Source: a virus
Lineage: Duplodnaviria > Caudoviricetes
Direction: 5' to 3' (one strand)
IMG/VR virus record: IMGVR_UViG_3300025372_000008
Coordinates: 1 to 32,018 of that record
DNA: 32,018 nt
The position numbers and the translations under genes are program-made. The notes under the pieces were generated by a model. The model ran no database searches. It was not told the origin of the DNA and saw nothing but the letters and a program-made list of their open reading frames with translations. Within the stretch, counting starts at the first letter, position 1. Each line of letters starts with the position of its first letter. This document shows, piece after piece, positions 24,503 to 31,270 of this stretch.

Positions 24503-25696
24503 ATGTCCTACCTGATCAAAAAAAAGAGGTCGCCGTATTGGTATCTCCGGATCCGTGATTTGGAGACGGGGCGATGGGTTGAGAAATGCACGAAGCTCCG
24601 TCATGACGATCCGAAGGAATCGGCGAAGGCGATGAAGGAGGCCGCCAAGGCCACGACCGGCGAGGTGATTGCCAGACCCAGGCAAGGGGAGAATTTCTCC
24701 GAATGGGTTCCCGACTACATCCGCCAGCACTACGAGGGAAAGCCGCTGACCCAGCTCCGAAATCTCTACTTCTGGCGCACGATCCATGTCTTCCTGCACG
24801 AGAATGGCATCAGGCACCCGCGCGAGATCCGCTACGAGCACGCTGCGGCCTACATGGCGTGGAGGAAGGGACCCGATGGCAACAACGCCGCCCACAACAC
24901 GGCCCGAAACGAAGTGAAATTCCTCGCTTTCCTCATGAGCGAGGCGATCCGAAGGGAGCTGGCCGAGCGCAATCCCATCGCCCTTGCACGCATCGAGCTG
25001 GCTCCTGCTAAAGCCAAGAGGGAAATCTCCGACGCGGAGATCGCGGCCTTCCGAAAGGAGTTTGAAAAGGAGGAGTCGTGGATGGGAACGGCCTTCGAGT
25101 TGCTGATCAATCTCGGTTGCCGATTTACCGAGGCAAGGGTGTCCAAGGAGCGCATCGATTTCGACCGACTGACGATCCAACTCACCGATTCCAAGCGTGA
25201 TGCCCTCGATCCGAGGAAATACTTTACCGCGCCGATCTCCGAGCAGTTGGCGACCTTCCTGAAAAGGATTGCCTGGTACGACGGACACACCATGCCGGTT
25301 CCGACCCGCATGATGAACCGGAACTTCAATCGGGCGCTCCATCGTGCTGCTCCAGGCGTGACGAGTCATTGTTGCAGGGTTTCCTTTATTTCACGGTGCC
25401 ATCGAGCCGGGCTCTCCGAGCACGAAGCGATGCGGTTGGTGAATCACTCGACGAGGATGGTCCACCGGCTTTACTCGAAGCTGAACGTCGAGGACGCACG
25501 GACCGCGATGATGAAGGTGCCTTTGCCCCCGCCTCCTGGGCGAGGAACTGCCGTACCCAGCGAAGCGTCGTCTTCTTCCCGAAAAAAGGGCAGCCGAGCT
25601 TCTTCAGCCCCCCGAGGTCGACAGGGGACATCCCGACGAACTCGGAAAGATGCCGGGGAAACTCGAGGCGGTCGGGGTCGATCTGCGGGATCATAA
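24503..25696 (+). CDS. int: Tyrosine recombinase (integrase), 397 aa
   Basis: N-terminal arm-binding-like domain (RSPYWY), RNP, GCRFTE (R), SHCCR (HxxR), VNHS (H), HRLY (Y). Confidence 0.92.
   Translation: MSYLIKKKRSPYWYLRIRDLETGRWVEKCTKLRHDDPKESAKAMKEAAKATTGEVIARPRQGENFSEWVPDYIRQHYEGKPLTQLRNLYFWRTIHVFLHENGIRHPREIRYEHAAAYMAWRKGPDGNNAAHNTARNEVKFLAFLMSEAIRRELAERNPIALARIELAPAKAKREISDAEIAAFRKEFEKEESWMGTAFELLINLGCRFTEARVSKERIDFDRLTIQLTDSKRDALDPRKYFTAPISEQLATFLKRIAWYDGHTMPVPTRMMNRNFNRALHRAAPGVTSHCCRVSFISRCHRAGLSEHEAMRLVNHSTRMVHRLYSKLNVEDARTAMMKVPLPPPPGRGTAVPSEASSSSRKKGSRASSAPRGRQGTSRRTRKDAGETRGGRGRSAGS
25386..25694 (-). CDS. Excisionase-like small DNA-binding protein, antisense inside the 3' end of int
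   Basis: DPDRL.....LSEFVGMS...L..LKKLGCPF.G..TTLRWV winged-helix-like pattern; follows the leftward RHH gene. Confidence 0.55.
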   Translation of the reverse strand: MIPQIDPDRLEFPRHLSEFVGMSPVDLGGLKKLGCPFFGKKTTLRWVRQFLAQEAGAKAPSSSRSVRPRRSASSKAGGPSSSSDSPTASLRARRARLDGTVK

Positions 25697-25709
25697 AAAA
25701 CACGGGATT

Positions 25710-25862
25710 TTACTTTTTCGGGGTGCCGTAGGTTTTCTTGATCGCCTTACGGACGAGGTCGGCGACCTTGAGGTCTTCCTGCTCTGCCAGTCTGCGGAGG
25801 TGCATGATTACTGGCTCGGCGACTCGCACATTGATTCTTGATTCCTTGAGGATTCCGCTCAT
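25710..25862 (-). CDS. Ribbon-helix-helix regulator (Cro position), 50 aa
   Basis: MSGILKESRINVRVAEPVIMHLRRLAEQEDLKVADLVRKAIKKTYGTPKK: strand-helix-helix signature of the CopG/Arc family. Below the ORF-track cutoff. Confidence 0.75.
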   Translation of the reverse strand: MSGILKESRINVRVAEPVIMHLRRLAEQEDLKVADLVRKAIKKTYGTPKK

Positions 25863-25959
25863 GGAGCCCTTTGTGCCACGAATGGCTCCAACGTAGCAAG
25901 CAAAAATCTAAGCAAAATGATTATTTGATTTTGTGACCGATGGGGGCACATTGTGCCCT
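25862..25959. promoter_or_regulatory. Divergent promoter/operator region
   Basis: Palindrome GGGCACA-T-TGTGCCC (25944-25958), inverted repeat TGGAGCC...GGCTCCA, further TTGTGCC/TTGTGAC half sites, AT-rich centre. Confidence 0.65.
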
Positions 25960-26175
25960 ATGGCATTAACTGCAATGATACGCGCCAAAGTGGAACCTTT
26001 CATGAAGGCAGAATTAGAACGCCTTGCTCGCGAAGAAGGACCAGGGGTAACCGTTTCTGATTTAGTCAGAAGGGCTGTTCACCATGTTTATTTTAAGGAA
26101 AAGGTAACGCTGTACCCATTGGAAGAGATTTCAGCCCTCCGGGCTGAGGAACCCAAAAAGTCAAGCAAGGCCTGA
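25960..26175 (+). CDS. Ribbon-helix-helix regulator (repressor position), 71 aa
   Basis: MIRAKV....KAELERLAREEG...VSDLVRRAV RHH signature; no peptidase domain. Confidence 0.75.
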   Translation: MALTAMIRAKVEPFMKAELERLAREEGPGVTVSDLVRRAVHHVYFKEKVTLYPLEEISALRAEEPKKSSKA

Positions 26176-26220
26176 TTTTATCCTTTCCCACCGGATGCCG
26201 ATTGTAGCACGAATAGCAAC

Positions 26221-26529
26221 ATGAGAACGACATTGTTTCTTGCGGATACTTCGGATGCCATCATGGGGATGGGGATTTTTGGAATCGTCGGGCTTGTCAT
26301 CATTGCCCTTCTCTATGCCCTTTTCCCATTGATCGTGATGGCGCAGCTCCGGGGGTTGAAGCTCCGTTTCGATCAATCCAACAAAAATACAATCAAACTC
26401 CTCGATCAGATCACCCGAGGGGATGCCGCCAATATCGAATCCCAGACAGAAATCTGGCGTGAGATCAAAAGCCAGAATGAGCTTTCCCGTCAGCTTCTTC
26501 GTGCTTACGGCCACGAGCCAGAGGCCTAG
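26221..26529 (+). CDS. Single-pass membrane protein, 102 aa (lysogenic operon; possible superinfection exclusion)
   Basis: Long hydrophobic helix then a coiled-coil-like tail; co-oriented with the putative repressor. Confidence 0.6.
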   Translation: MRTTLFLADTSDAIMGMGIFGIVGLVIIALLYALFPLIVMAQLRGLKLRFDQSNKNTIKLLDQITRGDAANIESQTEIWREIKSQNELSRQLLRAYGHEPEA

Positions 26530-26891
26530 CCACGGAACTTTTCCAGTGTCTTTCTGACGATGAAGTCGGCGACGTAGGCCGAGAACTCGTCGGTCTCATC
26601 CGCGATGCCGCAGGCGTTCTCGAGGAAGGTTGCGCAGTGGATCGCCTCATGGGCGAGGACGGCGATCGAGGCCGGAGTGATCGGGGACTTTTTCAGGAAG
26701 ACGATCGTCGCGCTGCGAGTTCGGCGGCGGCGGCAGATCCCCTGGGCGAGCTTGTAATCCTCGATCGGATCGATGTCGGTGATTTTCTTGGCCGTCAGCC
26801 ACGCGACCGCCTGCTCGTAGGTGCAGGGTGCCACCATCCAGACGCGGTCATCGAAGACTCCCGTGCGGATGGAGAGGACGCTAGGGTTCAT
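26526..26891 (-). CDS. HExxH metallopeptidase-like protein, 121 aa
   Basis: VLAHEAIH followed by DEFSAY. Confidence 0.65.
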   Translation of the reverse strand: MNPSVLSIRTGVFDDRVWMVAPCTYEQAVAWLTAKKITDIDPIEDYKLAQGICRRRRTRSATIVFLKKSPITPASIAVLAHEAIHCATFLENACGIADETDEFSAYVADFIVRKTLEKFRG

Positions 26892-27069
26892 CGATCTCCT
26901 CTTGCAAGCGGAGTCGGATCATGTCCATGAAATCATCCAGCCGTAGGGAAAGCTCGTCCGGGTCGCTCGTGATGCAGCGGAGGCGGAAGGGGAGGCGGAT
27001 CCCTTCGATCTTGACCGAGAGATCGATGTTCCAATCGGTGCGAGGGCAGCGTGGGGCGGCGGTCTTCAT
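26881..27069 (-). CDS. Hypothetical protein, 62 aa
   Basis: ATGA overlap with the upstream gene; overlaps the downstream start. Confidence 0.55.
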   Translation of the reverse strand: MKTAAPRCPRTDWNIDLSVKIEGIRLPFRLRCITSDPDELSLRLDDFMDMIRLRLQEEIDEP

Positions 27070-27344
27070 GCTTTGTTGAAATGCCAGACGGAGAGACATC
27101 CCCGGCCAACATGGATGCGGAATTTCTTTCGCTGGAGGATGCCCTTGTTCAGCAAATTACCGACCCTTGCGAACATCGTTGTTTTAGACACCCCTGCCAT
27201 CTTTGCCATTTCTTGCATCGTAAGCCACCCATCGGGAACCTCGTCAGGAGTTCCCATGCCATTCGATTCGGAAAGGATTTCCAAAAGCCAATCATTCGCG
27301 GATTTGGGAGGTTTTTTTTTGGTTACAGCCTTCTTTTTCATCAT
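27066..27344 (-). CDS. Winged-helix DNA-binding protein, 92 aa
   Basis: VPDGWLTMQEMAKMAGVSKTT...L...G.L pattern followed by a beta-wing. Confidence 0.65.
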   Translation of the reverse strand: MMKKKAVTKKKPPKSANDWLLEILSESNGMGTPDEVPDGWLTMQEMAKMAGVSKTTMFARVGNLLNKGILQRKKFRIHVGRGCLSVWHFNKA

Positions 27345-27361
27345 TGGAATTCGGTTATTCC

Positions 27362-28123
27362 CTAAAAAGGGAGGCGCCATCCGTGGTCTTCCCCTTCGGA
27401 TGGTCCTGTGAAAAGCCAAGTGAACGAAGTGGGATTTTTCCCTTCGCGGAACTCCCCCAGGACAAGCGCCTGACCCCATGCCATGGTCTGACGGCGGGTC
27501 AGGCTGTACCCCATGGAACGCTGACGGGTCAGGGTGCCGACGCAGAATCCTTGGGATTTCTTGAAAGTGCGACCCGGAGCATAGAATGGCCGATGGGTGT
27601 GGGCATGAATCACCGTTCCCCCGTAGGCTTCGCCATAATCACGAGTCGCGGCTTCCGAATACCACGTCCCATGGAGGAAAGTCAGATCGGCTCGGCGATA
27701 AATCTGATTGATCCCATCGTAGGGGATCAGACGCGCACCGATCTTGGCGCACCCCTCCTCGATGTGCTCGACCGCCTTGTGGGAAGCATAGGCGATGACG
27801 GCATTAGGAGATTCGCGGAGATGCCAGAGACGCGCCTCATGGTTCCCAGCAAGGACGATGCTCGGGCGCAGCTCGCGGAGGAACTGCATCCCTCCATCGA
27901 TGTCGGGTAGAACCGGTTCGGCGCTATCGGCGTCGATTCCCCTAGCACCAGATCGGAATGCAGCCGTGTCGGTGAAATCTCCGAGGTGCAGGCACAGGTC
28001 TCCGGATCGGATCCATTTCTTTTTCGTTTCGAGGACGATCTTTTTTGCTACGGGGCAGATGTGCTTCCCGTGGGAACATCCCACCGCCATGAATCGGGTC
28101 CACTTGGAGGCGATATTGGCCAT
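27362..28123 (-). CDS. Calcineurin-like metallophosphoesterase, 253 aa
   Basis: GCSHG (DxH variant), LGDFTD, GNHE, LHG and HAHTHR motifs in canonical order. Confidence 0.88.
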   Translation of the reverse strand: MANIASKWTRFMAVGCSHGKHICPVAKKIVLETKKKWIRSGDLCLHLGDFTDTAAFRSGARGIDADSAEPVLPDIDGGMQFLRELRPSIVLAGNHEARLWHLRESPNAVIAYASHKAVEHIEEGCAKIGARLIPYDGINQIYRRADLTFLHGTWYSEAATRDYGEAYGGTVIHAHTHRPFYAPGRTFKKSQGFCVGTLTRQRSMGYSLTRRQTMAWGQALVLGEFREGKNPTSFTWLFTGPSEGEDHGWRLPF

Positions 28124-28126
28124 GGA

Positions 28127-28459
28127 TCAATCCCTCGGATGAGGGCGTGGATGATGCTTTGGAGGGCGATCCCCTGCGAGGTAGTCCAGGATCGTTGCGG
28201 CCATACCGAGCGTCATTGCATCGTCTTCTCGCATCATCTTGGCGAGGGATCGGATCGAGAGGAGTCGGCTGCGGAGGTGGTGGGTGTAGGCCACCGAGTC
28301 GATCACTTCATCGCGGAGTTGCTGGGCGTACCAGGATGCGCCTGCGGTAGGGAATGCCGTGTTGTGCTCCCGTTGGCCTGCCTCGTACTTGGATCGGCCT
28401 GCGAGATATGCCTCGCCCCAGATTTCTTGCGAGTCCTCTTCTGGGGTCATGTAGGCCAC
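28127..28459 (-). CDS. All-alpha NTP pyrophosphohydrolase-like (MazG/dATP-PPase-like) protein, 110 aa
   Basis: KY..G..EH and L.DE..D...Y acidic helix motifs. Confidence 0.55.
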   Translation of the reverse strand: MAYMTPEEDSQEIWGEAYLAGRSKYEAGQREHNTAFPTAGASWYAQQLRDEVIDSVAYTHHLRSRLLSIRSLAKMMREDDAMTLGMAATILDYLAGDRPPKHHPRPHPRD

Positions 28460-28476
28460 GCAGAAAACCTTATGTC

Positions 28477-28527
28477 AAAAAAAGCACCCGCCGAAGTACG
28501 CATTCTTTAAGAGGCGCGGCGGGCTTA
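28477..28527 (-). terminator. Intrinsic terminator whose U-tract overlaps the next TTGACA motif
   Basis: CCCGCCG...CGGCGGG stem followed by TGC and T8. Confidence 0.65.
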
Positions 28528-28790
28528 CTAGAAAATGGTCGGAGGAGGGTCAGGTCGCTCTGGTTTATCTTTCCAGCCCTCACTGCCTCCCCCGATTTAT
28601 GCAGCAGGTAGGAATGCCATAAGGCACCGACCCCGCGCAGCCGATGAACCACCCATCGGCGAGATGTTTCCGATCCCATTCGTCAATGGGTTACAGCATT
28701 CGGAGTTGCTGCGCCTTGGCCTTGCACGGAGCCATTGGGTCCGGAGAGGGAGTGGGGCAATGTTAAGAAACCACGATGCTTCGAGATTCC
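28480..28790 (-). ncRNA. Candidate ~300-nt structured non-coding RNA
   Basis: No credible ORF; preceded by TTGACA (28804-28809) and closed by a terminator; multiple stems. Confidence 0.5.
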
Positions 28791-28805
28791 GAGACTGCTC
28801 GCGTG

Positions 28806-29018
28806 TCAATTCACCGACATGGCGCAGGCATCGACATATCCAGAAAATGTGTCGATGTTTTGCACGTTTCGCGCCATGTGCATATAAGTAGGCGTTTTCT
28901 TTGCATCTTTCCAACGGACGCATCCCGTCCACCAATGTTCCACCCTGTCGTCAAGGGATTTGCAGAAACCTTTGTTAAAATGGATGCAATCTTGGCATTT
29001 ACCCTGTGAAGGTTTCAT
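28806..29018 (-). CDS. Small Cys-rich protein, 70 aa (MKPSQGKCQDC...)
   Basis: ATGA overlap with the endolysin stop; CxxC...C...C pattern. Confidence 0.55.
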   Translation of the reverse strand: MKPSQGKCQDCIHFNKGFCKSLDDRVEHWWTGCVRWKDAKKTPTYMHMARNVQNIDTFSGYVDACAMSVN

Positions 29019-29575
29019 GAACACCAGGTCTCCCGCAGCGATTGGTTGCGGTTCAGCCAACCTTGGAGCCATTTCTCACGGCCACCAATCGCAATGGCTT
29101 GGTAGTAGCTGTCACCCTTGGCAATGATCGTCATTCCAAGCTCCTTGGTATTCTGCGACTGCCATGCCCCCTGTAGGGTTTTATCCCCAAGAATGCCGTC
29201 GATGGCATCGAGGGGGAGGAGGCCATTCAAATTGAGCGCCCTTTGCAGGAGTGTTGTGGCATAGCGGCCACCGATATTGACCCAGTAGTTCCCGACGATC
29301 TCACCCACCGGGGCGGGCAGTTGGTCGGCCTTGGATGCCTTCCAGTATTTCTCCCGATAGGTATTGACGATCCATTGCGGGGTGGGATTGCCGATGAGTC
29401 CGTCATCGCGGGATTCCAATCCTGCCAGCGTAACTCCTGCGCCATCCCCGAGCTGTTCCAAGCGGATTTCGCCGTCAGCGGCAAGGTTACATTCCCATTT
29501 CAGGATGAAGGCAAGCCATGCCCGAAAGCGGGCGGGTTCCTCCTGGGCGGCTGCGATGATGTCGGAGATTTTCAC
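29015..29575 (-). CDS. Endolysin, glycoside hydrolase 108-like with a peptidoglycan-binding C-terminus, 186 aa
   Basis: IL.WE, D..G.T..G, Y...YW, VN.G, LQRAL, DG.LG.KT and GW.NR motifs. Confidence 0.88.
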   Translation of the reverse strand: MKISDIIAAAQEEPARFRAWLAFILKWECNLAADGEIRLEQLGDGAGVTLAGLESRDDGLIGNPTPQWIVNTYREKYWKASKADQLPAPVGEIVGNYWVNIGGRYATTLLQRALNLNGLLPLDAIDGILGDKTLQGAWQSQNTKELGMTIIAKGDSYYQAIAIGGREKWLQGWLNRNQSLRETWCS

Positions 29576-29602
29576 AGAGAAAGTTAAAGTTGTAAGTTGA
29601 AA

Positions 29603-29866
29603 TTACAAGTTGGAAGGAGGCGCATTTTTGGGGGCAAATGCTGAACCGGCCACCTCGATGCCTTTTCGGAGCGCACCGCCGCCATAGATTGTGTAAGCGA
29701 GATCCTTGATAGTTCCGCTGATCGCCTCGTCGAGGACATGATGCCAGAAGACGCAGTACCCGAGGATCAGTACCAAAAAAGCCGTGAAAGCCGTGCCGAC
29801 CCACCTCATCCAGGAATCGGGGGTATTCTCCGAATGCACGGAGCGGATGTAGCTCCAGAGGTTCAT
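29603..29866 (-). CDS. Holin, 87 aa
   Basis: S.MR followed by hydrophobic helices; directly upstream of the endolysin. Confidence 0.65.
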   Translation of the reverse strand: MNLWSYIRSVHSENTPDSWMRWVGTAFTAFLVLILGYCVFWHHVLDEAISGTIKDLAYTIYGGGALRKGIEVAGSAFAPKNAPPSNL

Positions 29867-30087
29867 AGAGTTATGACTTTGGGAAGCGGCAAGGCCGAAA
29901 GTTTGAACGGGAATCCGCCTTCAATCTCAAAAAATGAAAGGCACCAATTCCGGAACTGTTGAACCTCTAATGCTAAATCAAAAAGCCACCATGCCCCATA
30001 TTTAGCAACAGCCTCCTGCTCTTCTTCTGACCAGTAAACATGGCAAAAAAGGAACCACCCTTCATGAGATACAAGAATCGACCTCAT
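29863..30087 (-). CDS. Aromatic-rich hypothetical protein, 74 aa (MRSILVSHEGW...)
   Basis: TGATG and ATGA overlaps; AT-richer than its flanks. Confidence 0.55.
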   Translation of the reverse strand: MRSILVSHEGWFLFCHVYWSEEEQEAVAKYGAWWLFDLALEVQQFRNWCLSFFEIEGGFPFKLSALPLPKVITL

Positions 30088-30707
30088 CAGAACGGCAGAT
30101 GGGGGGTGAACTCGGAGAGGAAATGGAGTGACCAGCGGCCAATCGAGAAACCGAGGGCGAAGCCTCCGACGAAGATGCCAGCGAGGGCGACGAGTTGCCA
30201 AGGCATCTGGACGACTTGCAGTGCGGGTTTGAAAGCCGAAAGTGCAACCATCCCGGCGGCAAGGGAAAAGATCCATACCAAGGCATCGCGTTCGCGTTCG
30301 GCACGGGTGCGAAGTGCTTTGTCCTTGGCATCTTCGGCTTTCCATTGATCACGCTCATGGGTGATCTGATCATATTGAGCCTCGTACCAGGCGATCTTCC
30401 CCGTGGCGGTTTCGAGCTTTAGCCCGAGATCGTTGATCGTGGTTTGCAAATCACGGACGGCAGTCTTGGCGACCGGATCGGTGACGATGGTGGCGAGGTG
30501 GGTGGCTTGAGCCGCTGCGGATTGCTGAGAAAAACGAACTGAGGAGAGTGCCGCATCGACCCCGGCATGTGGAGAGGAAGAGGAAACATGACGCACCGCG
30601 TCATGGGTGGAGCAGCCGGTCAGGCTGACAAGGATCGTCGCGCCAAGAAAAAGGGCGAGGATCAGAAAAATAATCGTGAGGAGATTTTCTTTGGTTGCTG
30701 GGGTCAT
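30087..30707 (-). CDS. Lipoprotein with coiled coil and C-terminal TM helices (spanin-like), 206 aa
   Basis: Signal ending LTG-C, long heptad region, two hydrophobic C-terminal segments; in the lysis block. Confidence 0.6.
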   Translation of the reverse strand: MTPATKENLLTIIFLILALFLGATILVSLTGCSTHDAVRHVSSSSPHAGVDAALSSVRFSQQSAAAQATHLATIVTDPVAKTAVRDLQTTINDLGLKLETATGKIAWYEAQYDQITHERDQWKAEDAKDKALRTRAERERDALVWIFSLAAGMVALSAFKPALQVVQMPWQLVALAGIFVGGFALGFSIGRWSLHFLSEFTPHLPF

Positions 30708-30952
30708 CCCCTACGCGGCAATGTCAACTGATCGAGATGTGCCCGCATCGAGGCAACCTCTTCCGAGAGGGAATCGAGCTTTTGTGTCTTCACCCCGGCA
30801 ATGAAAACCGTGGCGATGAATTGGATGAAAACCACGGCGGCCACCGTGCGGAGAAGCGTATGGTTCCGATCCGCAACCTTTGTGCGCTCCTCGGTGATTG
30901 CCTTGAGCGCCGCGATGTCTTCGCGGAGTGCCAAAACCTCGTCGGCGCTCAT
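30704..30952 (-). CDS. Small membrane protein (holin/antiholin-like), 82 aa
   Basis: One TM helix flanked by coiled-coil segments, at the start of the lysis block. Confidence 0.55.
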   Translation of the reverse strand: MSADEVLALREDIAALKAITEERTKVADRNHTLLRTVAAVVFIQFIATVFIAGVKTQKLDSLSEEVASMRAHLDQLTLPRRG

Positions 30953-30964
30953 GCAATCGTCAGC

Positions 30965-31162
30965 TTACTTGCTGAAACGGAGGTTCAGGACTCCGCTGCC
31001 ATCAGGCTGAACATTGATGGCGAGAGCCACCATGTTGCTGAGGTCAGGCTCGCTGGTGGGCAGCGAGAGCAGGGGCTGAAGAGCAGCCTTGATGGCTGCG
31101 AGGTCGGCTGCGGCCAGCTTGGCTGCGGCGGTGACGGGTTGGGTGGTAACGGCGATTGCCAT
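30965..31162 (-). CDS. Hypothetical protein, 65 aa
   Basis: A/C-rich leader and biased codon use; follows the fibre gene. Confidence 0.6.
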   Translation of the reverse strand: MAIAVTTQPVTAAAKLAAADLAAIKAALQPLLSLPTSEPDLSNMVALAINVQPDGSGVLNLRFSK

Positions 31163-31270
31163 AATGTTGGAGTGGGTGATTCCCTTTCGGTGTCCGTCAT
31201 TCTTTCCAAATCGATGTTGGAAAAAGCAAGGGGTTGACCTTTAGGGGTTCAATGAAGAATCGGTGTCAAT

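Noticed and set aside
28536-28635. tRNA within the candidate ncRNA (ends in CCGACCA)
   Set aside because: No TTCG T-loop or canonical D-loop; kept only as part of an unknown structured RNA.
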